Part shown: piece by piece, positions 44,860 through 51,681 of the stretch
How the letters are laid out: every line of letters starts with the position of its first letter
How positions within the stretch are numbered: the stretch's first letter is position 1
From: a virus
Lineage: Duplodnaviria; Caudoviricetes
Virus record (IMG/VR): IMGVR_UViG_3300013767_000215
Span: 1-51,681 of that record
Strand: one strand, 5' to 3'
DNA: 51,681 bases
Position numbers and translations under genes: made by a program
The notes under the pieces: model-generated
Seen by the model: only the letters and a program-made list of their open reading frames with translations
The model's database searches: none
What the model was told of the DNA's origin: nothing

Positions 44860-45851
44860 GCGAGCTCCTGATTCAAGGCGATGAGCTGCTCGAGGAGCTG
44901 CTCCAGGGCGACGCCTGGGTCAGCACCGGCGCGCTGTTCCAGCGCAGCAGCTTCGAGAGCAAAGAGAAGTTCAGCGAGTGGCTGCAGCTGCTGAAGAACA
45001 AGAAGCAGCTGCAGATCCGCACTGGCGCCTTCGGCCTCGAGGTTGGTCTGCCGGGCACGCCGGCGCCGTCGGCCGAGCGCCCCGATGCGAAGCCCCCCAT
45101 CGCCCCCGCTGGCGCCGGGCCCATGCCGCCGCCGCTGACCGCGCCGGCGCCGATGCTGGAAGGCCCGGCGCGGATCCATGGCAAGCCGAACGACACGGCG
45201 CCGCGGCCGTGCTTCGTTGTGCCGTCGCCGGAGACGGAGGGGCAGCTGCGCTCAGAGTCGGATCGAGAGGCGGCCGAGGAGGATCCGCCGGCGCCTGTCG
45301 CACCTGCGCCGGCCGAGACGTCTGAAGCGGCCAACCACACACAGAGCGCGCCGCCGGCGCGTGCGGAGGATGAAACGATGCCCAAGAAGGCCCCCAAAAC
45401 GCCGGAGGAGCAGCGCGAGCTGATCCAAGGCCTGCTGCGCCAGTCCGCCTGGAAGACGGGCGAACTGATCCAGGCTACCGGCCTCGAACGAAACCAGCTA
45501 TATCCGATCTTGAAGAAAATGCAGAGCGACGGCGAGGTGAAGCTCGAGGGCACTGCTCGCGCCGCCACCTGGTCGATCCCCGGCGGTGGCAAGCCCGGCG
45601 CGATCGCCGCCGTCGACCAGGCGCGCAAGGCGGCGCGCAAGAACGGAGCCGGCGCCCCCGGCGTCCGCAACGCGGCTCCCCCGGCAACGATCACCGCAGC
45701 GCTAGACCAGCTGGCGCAACGCATCCGGCCGCGCCCGGTAGAGCGGCTTGAGCTGAAGCTGACCGTGATCGACCGCCTCGCCTCGATCGTCGACCCCACC
45801 ATTGCGGCCGTGCTGGCCGAGATCCGCGTCGACCTGGCGCCCGCAACCTAG
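44856..45851 (+). CDS. Protein with Pro-rich linker and wHTH-like domain
   Basis: GTGA overlap; ELIQATGLERNQLYPILKKM...GEV..G wHTH pattern. Confidence 0.6.
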   Translation: MSELLIQGDELLEELLQGDAWVSTGALFQRSSFESKEKFSEWLQLLKNKKQLQIRTGAFGLEVGLPGTPAPSAERPDAKPPIAPAGAGPMPPPLTAPAPMLEGPARIHGKPNDTAPRPCFVVPSPETEGQLRSESDREAAEEDPPAPVAPAPAETSEAANHTQSAPPARAEDETMPKKAPKTPEEQRELIQGLLRQSAWKTGELIQATGLERNQLYPILKKMQSDGEVKLEGTARAATWSIPGGGKPGAIAAVDQARKAARKNGAGAPGVRNAAPPATITAALDQLAQRIRPRPVERLELKLTVIDRLASIVDPTIAAVLAEIRVDLAPAT

Positions 45852-45860
45852 GAGAGTTTC

Positions 45861-46284
45861 ATGAGCACAACGCAACAGGCGGCTGCCGCCTCTACGTTCC
45901 TGACGCCCGCGCGCGTCATCCCGCAACTGATGTGGACCATGACACTGAACGACGGCCAACGCGTCGACGACTATGACGCCGCAGAGGAGCTGATCTCGGC
46001 CCTCAACGCCACGTCCTTCGGCGGCTTCAACGACTGGCGCTTGCCGACGGTCGAGGAGTTGTTCATGCAAGGCGATCGCAGCCGCTTTAACCCGGCCGCG
46101 GATCCCGAGCAGTTCCCAGACACCAAGTCCGGCTTCTACTGGTCGTCCACCCCGGTTGCTGAGGATCCGGACGACTACGCCTGGGGCGTCTACTTCGGCG
46201 ACGGCTGCACGTTCATCGCCGTCCGCGGGCCTCGGCTTCGTCCGCGCGGTGCGCTCGGTGTCGCCGGCGTCCCCCGGTCAGTAA
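45861..46284 (+). CDS. DGR target 1, DUF1566/Lcl domain (frameshifted in VR1; reads through to 46772)
   Basis: LMWT, LN...FGGFNDWRLPTVEEL, FYWSST, AWGVYF motifs; original stop TAA 46282..46284 now out of frame. Confidence 0.88.
46142..46282 (+). repeat. DGR variable repeat VR1
   Basis: Matches TR with 19 substitutions at TR adenines, a 2-nt deletion, and one G>C near the 3' end. Confidence 0.95.
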
Positions 46285-46328
46285 CTCGGCCTTCGATCTT
46301 TCCTCGTATCCCTATCAGGAGTCATTCT

Positions 46329-46772
46329 ATGAGCAGAACCAAAAGCGCCGCCAAGGCAGCCGCATCGGCGAGCGTAGCCGTCGTGAACATGCCGGCGCGC
46401 ACTATCCCCGAGTTGTTGTGGACGGCTGCGACGTTATGCAATGGCAGCGCCGTCAGCTTTGCCAAGGCGCAAGCCGCAGTGCAGGACCTCAATACCGCCG
46501 CCTTCGGCGGATTTACCGACTGGCGCTTGCCGACGCGAGAGGAGCTGCTGAGCCTGGTCGACCTGGGCCGCTATCGGCCGGCGATCGACACCAGCAAGTT
46601 CCCCGACACCAAGTCCGGCTTCTACTGGTCGTCCACCCCGGATGCTGAGAGTCCGGTCGCCTACGCCTGGGGCGTCTTCTTCTACGACGGCCACACGGTC
46701 ATCAGCCGCAGCGACGGCGGCGGCTTCGTCCGCGCGGTGCGCTCGGTGTCGCCGGCGTCCCCCGGTCAGTAA
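46329..46772 (+). CDS. DGR target 2, DUF1566/Lcl domain (147 aa)
   Basis: Own AGGAG RBS at 46317..46321; GFTDWRLPTREELLSLVD, FYWSST, FVRAVR motifs. Confidence 0.9.
   Translation: MSRTKSAAKAAASASVAVVNMPARTIPELLWTAATLCNGSAVSFAKAQAAVQDLNTAAFGGFTDWRLPTREELLSLVDLGRYRPAIDTSKFPDTKSGFYWSSTPDAESPVAYAWGVFFYDGHTVISRSDGGGFVRAVRSVSPASPGQ
46628..46770 (+). repeat. DGR variable repeat VR2
   Basis: 143 nt; 17 substitutions at TR adenines plus the 3' G>C. Confidence 0.95.
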
Positions 46773-46800
46773 CTCGGCCTTCATCCTTCAGGAGCCAATC

Positions 46801-47595
46801 ATGAACGGCCTCACCTTCAATCACGTTTCACAGATCAGCCTGCAGCGCGCCATGCTGTGGCATCCCCGCGGCCTCAATGAGTGGTCCGAGGCTGACTGGT
46901 CCAATGCCATGGCCGGCGAGGCCGGCGAGGTCTGCAATGCCGTCAAAAAGCTGCGCCGGATACAGTGCGGCCTGGCGCAGTCCAAGGGCCCCAAGACAGA
47001 GGCGGAGGCCAAGGCCGAGATCGCCAAAGAGATCGGCGACACCTACATCTACCTGGACCTCCTGACCGCGCGGCTGGGGCTGCGCATCGAGGACTGCATC
47101 CGCGATACCTTCAACCGGGTCAGCGAGCGGGAAGGCTTCCCGCAGCGCCTGGAGGCGCCGGCGGCAGCGGCGTTGCTGCAGGCCGGCCCAAGGATCGCCA
47201 CCCGCCTTGTTGCGCGCGACGACGGCACCGTTGTAGACCAGCTCAACGGTTTGCAATGGCAGAGCCAGGACGACGGCACCAACCGCAAGTTCGCCGACGC
47301 CGAGAAGTATTGCAAGGAGCTGCGTCTGGCCGGCTTCACGGACTGGCGCCTGCCGTCCGAGGAGGAACTGCTGAGCATTGTCGACCGCAGCGTTTACAAG
47401 CCGGCGATCGACAAGAAGTTGTTTCCCGGCACGCGTTCGGACTTCTACTGGTCGTCAACCCCGGTTGCTGAGTATCCGGACGACTGCGCCTGGGGCGTCT
47501 TCTTCAGCTACGGCAGCACGTTCATCTACTACAGCGACGGCCTCGGCTTCGTCCGCGCGGTGCGCTCGGTGTCGCCGGCGTCCCCCGGTCAGTAA
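46801..47595 (+). CDS. DGR target 3: MazG-like NTP pyrophosphatase fused to DUF1566/Lcl domain (264 aa)
   Basis: AGGAG RBS; AGEAGEVCNAVKK...KEIGD..IYL.LL (MazG-like); DGTVVD..NGLQWQ, GFTDWRLP..EEL.SIVD (DUF1566). Confidence 0.88.
   Translation: MNGLTFNHVSQISLQRAMLWHPRGLNEWSEADWSNAMAGEAGEVCNAVKKLRRIQCGLAQSKGPKTEAEAKAEIAKEIGDTYIYLDLLTARLGLRIEDCIRDTFNRVSEREGFPQRLEAPAAAALLQAGPRIATRLVARDDGTVVDQLNGLQWQSQDDGTNRKFADAEKYCKELRLAGFTDWRLPSEEELLSIVDRSVYKPAIDKKLFPGTRSDFYWSSTPVAEYPDDCAWGVFFSYGSTFIYYSDGLGFVRAVRSVSPASPGQ
47451..47593 (+). repeat. DGR variable repeat VR3
   Basis: 143 nt; 16 substitutions at TR adenines, one C>A at the 5' edge, and the 3' G>C. Confidence 0.95.
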
Positions 47596-47614
47596 TCGGC
47601 CTTAGAGCTTAAGA

Positions 47615-48049
47615 ATGTCAGGCCAGCTGCCCAGCATCGTCCAGGTTGCCCAGTGCGTGCAGCGCGAGGTGGACCTGGCGGTGCGCCGCTTCCGAAAGGA
47701 TGACCGCTACGACGTGGGCACGCGGATCCGCGCCTGCGTCACGGAAGTGCGGCGGCTGGGCTACCGGGCCTGGAATGCGCCGGAGCGGCGCGCGCAGCTG
47801 CTGCAGGACTTGGTCGACGCAGTCGACGATCTGAAGTTGGAGCTGCAGCTGGCGCGCGAGACGAAGGCCTTTCCCAGCGCCGGCGAATTCGAGGCAATCT
47901 GGAGATCCACGGAAGAGCTGGGCACGCAGGCCGGCGCCTGGCGCAATAGCGTTACCCCGAAAGGCCAGAGCCCTGCCCCGCCCAAGGCGCAGCAGGGGAG
48001 TGCCAGGAAACTGAGTACCCGCACCGCCTCGCAGGAGGCTCAGGGATGA
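47615..48049 (+). CDS. avd: DGR accessory variability determinant (Avd-like four-helix bundle)
   Basis: RF.K..RY..G..IR, LK..LQLA, EELG.QAGAW pattern; position between target and TR/RT. Confidence 0.82.
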   Translation: MSGQLPSIVQVAQCVQREVDLAVRRFRKDDRYDVGTRIRACVTEVRRLGYRAWNAPERRAQLLQDLVDAVDDLKLELQLARETKAFPSAGEFEAIWRSTEELGTQAGAWRNSVTPKGQSPAPPKAQQGSARKLSTRTASQEAQG

Positions 48050-49443
48050 CGAAGCCGCGCTACCTCCGCAGGAGCTGCGCGGCCGGGTCGAAAGCGCGCG
48101 GGTCAGCGTCGTCCACCCCGGATGCTGAGAATCCGGACGACTACGCCTGGGGCGTCAACTTCAACAACGGCAACACGAACATCAACAACAGCGACAACAA
48201 CGGCTTCGTCCGCGCGGTGCGCTCGGTGTCGCCGGCGTCCCCCGGTGAGTTTCAGGGTGCCGCGCAGGTTCGCCTGCACGATGTCTATTGCGCCTGGCGC
48301 CGGGCCCGGCGGCGGAAGCGGCCCAGCGCCAACCGCCTGCGCTTCGAGGCCCGCTGGCTGGATCGCTTGCCGCAGCTGCAGCGCCAGCTTGCGCGCGGCA
48401 CCTGGTCGCCGGCGCCGTCCGCCTGCTTCATCGCCCAGCGGCCAAAGGCGCGCGAGATCCACGCGCCCGACTTCGCCGACCGCATCGTGCACCACCTGGT
48501 GGTGCCGGAGCTGGAGCGAATCTGGGAGCGGCGCTTCATCCACGACTGCTACAGCAACCGGAAGGGCAAGGGCACCCATGCCGCCGTCGACCGGCTACAG
48601 CAGTTCATGCGCCAGGTCCATAGCGGCCAGGGCGGCGGCTGGTACCTGCAGCTCGACGTGCGCAACTTCTTCAACTCGATCGACCGGCGCCAGCTATGGG
48701 CCGAGCTGCGCCGGGTGCTGGAGCGCGTCCAGGCACCGGTATGGCTGCAGCGCATCGTCCATGCCTTGCTGCGCCGATCCGCAGCGCGCCAGGGCGTGCG
48801 CTACTTCGCCAGCGGCCGCGAGCGCGCCAAGGTGCCGACCTACAAGCGCCTGGAGAACGCAGCGCCCGGCTGCGGGCTGGCGATCGGTAACCTCAGCTCG
48901 CAGTTCTTCGCCAACGTCTGCTTGGATGCCCTGGACCAGTTCGCCAAGCACGTCCTGAAGGCGCAGCGCTACCTGCGTTACGTCGACGACGTGGTGCTGG
49001 TGCACCAGGACCGCGAGCAGCTGCTGGCCTGGCAGCGGCAAATCGAGTCCTTCCTGCATGAGCGCCTCGGCCTGGAGCTGAAGCCGCAGCGGATCCTCAA
49101 GCCACTGATGGCCGGCTGCGATTTCCTGGGCTACATCGTCTATCCCACCCACCGCCTGGTGCGCCGGCGCGTGGCTGCGCATGCGCGCGAAGCCCTGCAG
49201 GCCTGGGAGCAGCGGCACGTGCGCGGCGAGGTTTGCAGGGGCACGCCTGAGGCCTTCCGCGCCGTGCGGAGCATCTGGAGCAGCTACGAGGGGCACCTGA
49301 GCCATGCGAGCAGCTGGCTGCTGCGGCAGCGGCTGCTGGAGGAGTTTCCCTGGCTGCCTGCGGTGATCGTGCCACGGCGGTTTCATTGGCGGCTGGAGGG
49401 GCACGCCGTAACGATTCCCTGGAGGAGCCTGATCGATGGCTGA
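48046..49443 (+). CDS. DGR reverse transcriptase
   Basis: AW..ARR.K, KAREIHAPDFADRIVHH, KGTHAA, LDVRNFF.SI, GLAIGNLSSQFFAN, YLRYVDD, DFLGY motifs. Confidence 0.95.
   Translation: MTKPRYLRRSCAAGSKARGSASSTPDAENPDDYAWGVNFNNGNTNINNSDNNGFVRAVRSVSPASPGEFQGAAQVRLHDVYCAWRRARRRKRPSANRLRFEARWLDRLPQLQRQLARGTWSPAPSACFIAQRPKAREIHAPDFADRIVHHLVVPELERIWERRFIHDCYSNRKGKGTHAAVDRLQQFMRQVHSGQGGGWYLQLDVRNFFNSIDRRQLWAELRRVLERVQAPVWLQRIVHALLRRSAARQGVRYFASGRERAKVPTYKRLENAAPGCGLAIGNLSSQFFANVCLDALDQFAKHVLKAQRYLRYVDDVVLVHQDREQLLAWQRQIESFLHERLGLELKPQRILKPLMAGCDFLGYIVYPTHRLVRRRVAAHAREALQAWEQRHVRGEVCRGTPEAFRAVRSIWSSYEGHLSHASSWLLRQRLLEEFPWLPAVIVPRRFHWRLEGHAVTIPWRSLIDG
48108..48250 (+). repeat. DGR template repeat (TR)
   Basis: AAC-rich copy (9 AAC plus 1 AAT codons; 31 adenines) of the three VRs. 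Confidence 0.95.
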
Positions 49444-49783
49444 GATAATTCCTGCCTGGTGGGGCATGGCCAAGCCGGGCTCACCTTACCGTCCGAGCAA
49501 TGGTACGGAGGGCGAATGCTTCTTCTCCGCCTGGTGCAGAAAATGCGCGCGCGACAAGGCGATGAGCGAAGGTAAGAATCTCGACGACTGCTCCGAACCA
49601 GAAGTGTGCAGGATCATCGCCGACACCTTCGCCTATGACGTGAGCGATCCAAACTACCCGAAGGAATGGATCCACGACTCGCGCGGCTTTCCGAGCTGCA
49701 CTGCGTTCATTCCGCTCGGCGAAGCGATCCCGCTGCAGCGCTGTACCCGCACGCTCGACATGTTCCCCGAGGGCGCGACATGA
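49436..49783 (+). CDS. Cys-rich conserved phage protein
   Basis: YRPSNGTEG.CF...WC..C.RD...C.II..EW.....P.CTAF pattern. Confidence 0.7.
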   Translation: MAEIIPAWWGMAKPGSPYRPSNGTEGECFFSAWCRKCARDKAMSEGKNLDDCSEPEVCRIIADTFAYDVSDPNYPKEWIHDSRGFPSCTAFIPLGEAIPLQRCTRTLDMFPEGAT

Positions 49784-50070
49784 AATGGGTCAAGCTTCGC
49801 CGCTACCTTGAGCTTTCCGGCGACACCGAGGATGCTGTGCAGAAGAAGGTGGCGCGCGGCCTCTGGCTCGACGGCCTTCACTACAAGCAGGCGCCGGACG
49901 GCGTGCGCTGGTACAACATCGAGGCGATTGAGCAATGGGTGGAGCGCGGAACAATTGGCGACCAGGAGCTGCTGATGCGGCAGACGGCGTCCGGATCCGG
50001 GAGTTCGGGACGGGGCCGCGGATCGAGATCGACTTCCGCTTCAAGGGAATCCGCTGCCGCGAGCGCCTGA
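49780..50070 (+). CDS. xis: Excisionase
   Basis: KWVKL.RY.ELSG.T..AV..K...G.WL.G.HY..APDG..WYNIE.I.QWVE; overlaps int. Confidence 0.85.
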   Translation: MKWVKLRRYLELSGDTEDAVQKKVARGLWLDGLHYKQAPDGVRWYNIEAIEQWVERGTIGDQELLMRQTASGSGSSGRGRGSRSTSASRESAAASA

Positions 50071-51227
50071 AGAACACCGAGCTGACGGCTGCAAACTGGA
50101 AATACGCTGTCCGCCTGCGCGCAGAAGTACTCAACGCGATCGATCGCGGCACCTTCAAGTACGGTGACTACTTCCCCGGCTCCAAGATGGGCCGCGTCTT
50201 CGGCCACTCGGTATCGAACGCCACCGTAGGCGAGCTGCTCAAGCGGTGGATCGGGCTTTGCGAGATTGCAGTCGAGACCGGCAACATGTCCCCGTCGACG
50301 CTCTCCGGCTACAAGCGCATCGTCGACGGCATCCTGGAGCCCGAGTTCGGCACCCTGCGCGCGGCCGACCTGACCCAGGGCCATTTCAAGCAGTTCATCC
50401 TCAAGCAGGGCTGCACCGCCAAGACGATCCGCAACCGGCTCTCTCCGCTGCGCCTGGCGCTGGATGATGCCGTCGACGACGGTGATATCACCGCCAATCC
50501 GCTGCATCAGCTCAACGTCCGCAAGCAGATCAAGAAGGTGGCCAAGGCCAGCACCTTTGAGGTCGACCCGTTCGACCTTAAGGAGCGCGCGGCGCTGCTC
50601 GAGGCCTGCCGCAACGACGAAGAACGGGACATGTACATCTTCTGGTTCGAGACTGGCCTGCGCCCAGGCGAGCACATCGCAGCGGCATGGCCGAAGGTCG
50701 ACTGGATTCACAACAAGATCCTGATCGACACCAACCTGGTGGAACACGTCGAGAAGGGACCGAAGACCGAAGCCGGCGTACGCCTGATCGAGCTGTCGCC
50801 GGCGGCGATCGCTGCGTTGACGCGGCAGAAGGCGTGCACCTGGCTCGCCGGCGGCCGCATCTGGCGCACACCCTATCCGCTGATGGTCTCAGGGCGCCGC
50901 CGCGGCGAGGCGCAGACCGACTGGGAGAGCGATGCCCAGCTGCGCAAGCGCAGCTTCTATCCGGTGCTGAAGCGCGCCGGCGTACGCCACCGGAACATGT
51001 ACCAGATCCGCCATACCTACGCGTCGACGCACGCGAGCAAGGGCGCCAACCTGTTCTGGCTCGCCGAGCAGATGGGCCATGAGACGATCGAGATGATCAT
51101 CCGCCACTACGCCCGCTGGATCCCCGGCTTGGCCGAGGCGGAAGAGGGCCGCAAGGCCCTGGCTGGTCACGTGGCGGTCACGCAGAAAACAGGCGCGCAG
51201 ATTCTGCGTTTCAAAACAAGACGCTAG
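49935..51227 (+). CDS. int: Tyrosine integrase with N-terminal arm-binding domain
   Basis: IEIDFRFKGIRCRE arm domain; TGLRPGE, PKT.AG.R, YQIRHTYAS, QMGH, HYARW. Confidence 0.93.
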   Translation: MGGARNNWRPGAADAADGVRIREFGTGPRIEIDFRFKGIRCRERLKNTELTAANWKYAVRLRAEVLNAIDRGTFKYGDYFPGSKMGRVFGHSVSNATVGELLKRWIGLCEIAVETGNMSPSTLSGYKRIVDGILEPEFGTLRAADLTQGHFKQFILKQGCTAKTIRNRLSPLRLALDDAVDDGDITANPLHQLNVRKQIKKVAKASTFEVDPFDLKERAALLEACRNDEERDMYIFWFETGLRPGEHIAAAWPKVDWIHNKILIDTNLVEHVEKGPKTEAGVRLIELSPAAIAALTRQKACTWLAGGRIWRTPYPLMVSGRRRGEAQTDWESDAQLRKRSFYPVLKRAGVRHRNMYQIRHTYASTHASKGANLFWLAEQMGHETIEMIIRHYARWIPGLAEAEEGRKALAGHVAVTQKTGAQILRFKTRR

Positions 51228-51240
51228 AGTGCGCGGGCCA

Positions 51241-51267
51241 AGGGTTCAAATCCCTCAACCGGCACCA
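51241..51267 (+). other. att site: tRNA 3'-end fragment (likely tRNA-Thr)
   Basis: AGGGTTCAAATCCCTCAACCGGCACCA = T-arm, acceptor 3' strand and CCA; no 5' half present. Confidence 0.75.
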
Positions 51268-51318
51268 TCGAGTCCGCAATCAAGGTCGATGCCGACCCAG
51301 GATGAGTGAGGGTTAACG

Positions 51319-51356
51319 CATACAAATATTTGTATATTTATATAAATATTTGTATG
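51319..51356. promoter_or_regulatory. Tandem palindromic operator upstream of toxin
   Basis: ATACAAATATTTGTAT 51320..51335 (perfect) and ATATAAATATTTGTAT 51340..51355. Confidence 0.7.
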
Positions 51357-51363
51357 ATGGCTC

Positions 51364-51681
51364 ATGAAAGGCGTGACTTGGCTGGGCAGCAGCAAGCAAG
51401 ACCTGATGTCCTTCCCGGCCACGGTGCGGCAGGCCGCAGGCTTCCAGCTTCACCTGGTGCAGCATGGCGACGAGCCGTCCGACTGGAAGCCGATGTCGTC
51501 GATCGGCGCGGGTGTGCGCGAAATCCGCATGCGTGACGAAACCGGCGCATTCCGCGTGATCTACGTCGCCAGCATTTCCGACACGGTGTACGTGTTGCAC
51601 GCCTTTCAGAAGAAGTCGCAAAAGACCGCGAAGAAGGATCTGGAACTGGCGCGGGAGAGGTTCAGGCAGATCAGGCGGTGA
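51364..51681 (+). CDS. RelE/HigB (Gp49-like) type II toxin, outside the prophage
   Basis: WLGSS..DL..FP, GFQL..VQ.G..P.DWKPM..IG.GV.EIR, FRVIY, LHAFQKK.QKT motifs. Confidence 0.88.
   Translation: MKGVTWLGSSKQDLMSFPATVRQAAGFQLHLVQHGDEPSDWKPMSSIGAGVREIRMRDETGAFRVIYVASISDTVYVLHAFQKKSQKTAKKDLELARERFRQIRR

Larger units (their letters stand above)
1..51267. mobile_element. Temperate prophage (lambda-like head, Mu-like contractile tail); left boundary not in window
   Basis: Contiguous lysis, tail, head, packaging, replication, immunity and early modules ending in xis/int followed by a tRNA 3'-end fragment. Confidence 0.95.

Noticed and set aside
45861-46772. 303-aa ORF as a native two-domain gene
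   Set aside because: Arises from a 2-nt deletion in VR1; the second half has its own RBS and ATG and the first retains its out-of-frame stop
46142-48250. Four ~143-nt repeats as a CRISPR array or simple gene duplication
   Set aside because: Repeats are coding and unevenly spaced, and differ specifically at adenines of one copy, which is the DGR pattern; no cas genes seen
48046-49443. RT as group II intron or retron
   Set aside because: Adjacent avd and TR/VR pairs and the GNLSSQ motif; no intron domain V or msr-msd recognised
51228-51267. Intact tRNA gene
   Set aside because: Only T-arm and acceptor 3' strand are present; upstream is integrase coding sequence

Overview
The window is almost entirely one GC-rich temperate prophage (about 1..51267; the left end lies at or beyond position 1). 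It has a lambda-like cos-type head module, a Mu-like contractile tail and a lysis cluster on the minus strand. It also carries a DnaB_N-VapE replication gene, a Cro/CI switch with GTAAG-N5-CTTAC operators, and a plus-strand early arm ending in xis/int and a tRNA 3'-end att site. The standout system is a multi-target diversity-generating retroelement (DGR) at 45861..49443. It comprises three tandem DUF1566/Lcl (C-type-lectin-like) targets, avd, and an RT whose N-terminal coding region contains the 143-nt template repeat. The three variable repeats differ from the template almost only at adenines (19, 17 and 16 substitutions by hand alignment). The targets are small early proteins rather than tail fibres; one is fused to a MazG-like nucleotide pyrophosphatase, and a 2-nt deletion in VR1 fuses targets 1 and 2. 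Other notable items: (1) seven dispersed copies of the parS-like palindrome TTTCCCATGGGAAA together with an orphan ParB/KorB-like protein; (2) a cargo-carrying ISL3 element with an 8-bp TSD that splits the CII-like gene; (3) an M50 site-2 protease inside the head operon alongside hydrophobic leaders on the capsid and fibre proteins; (4) a HicB/HicA-like moron; (5) a Dam-like methylase with DPPP instead of DPPY. All family calls come from motif recognition by eye, not database searches.
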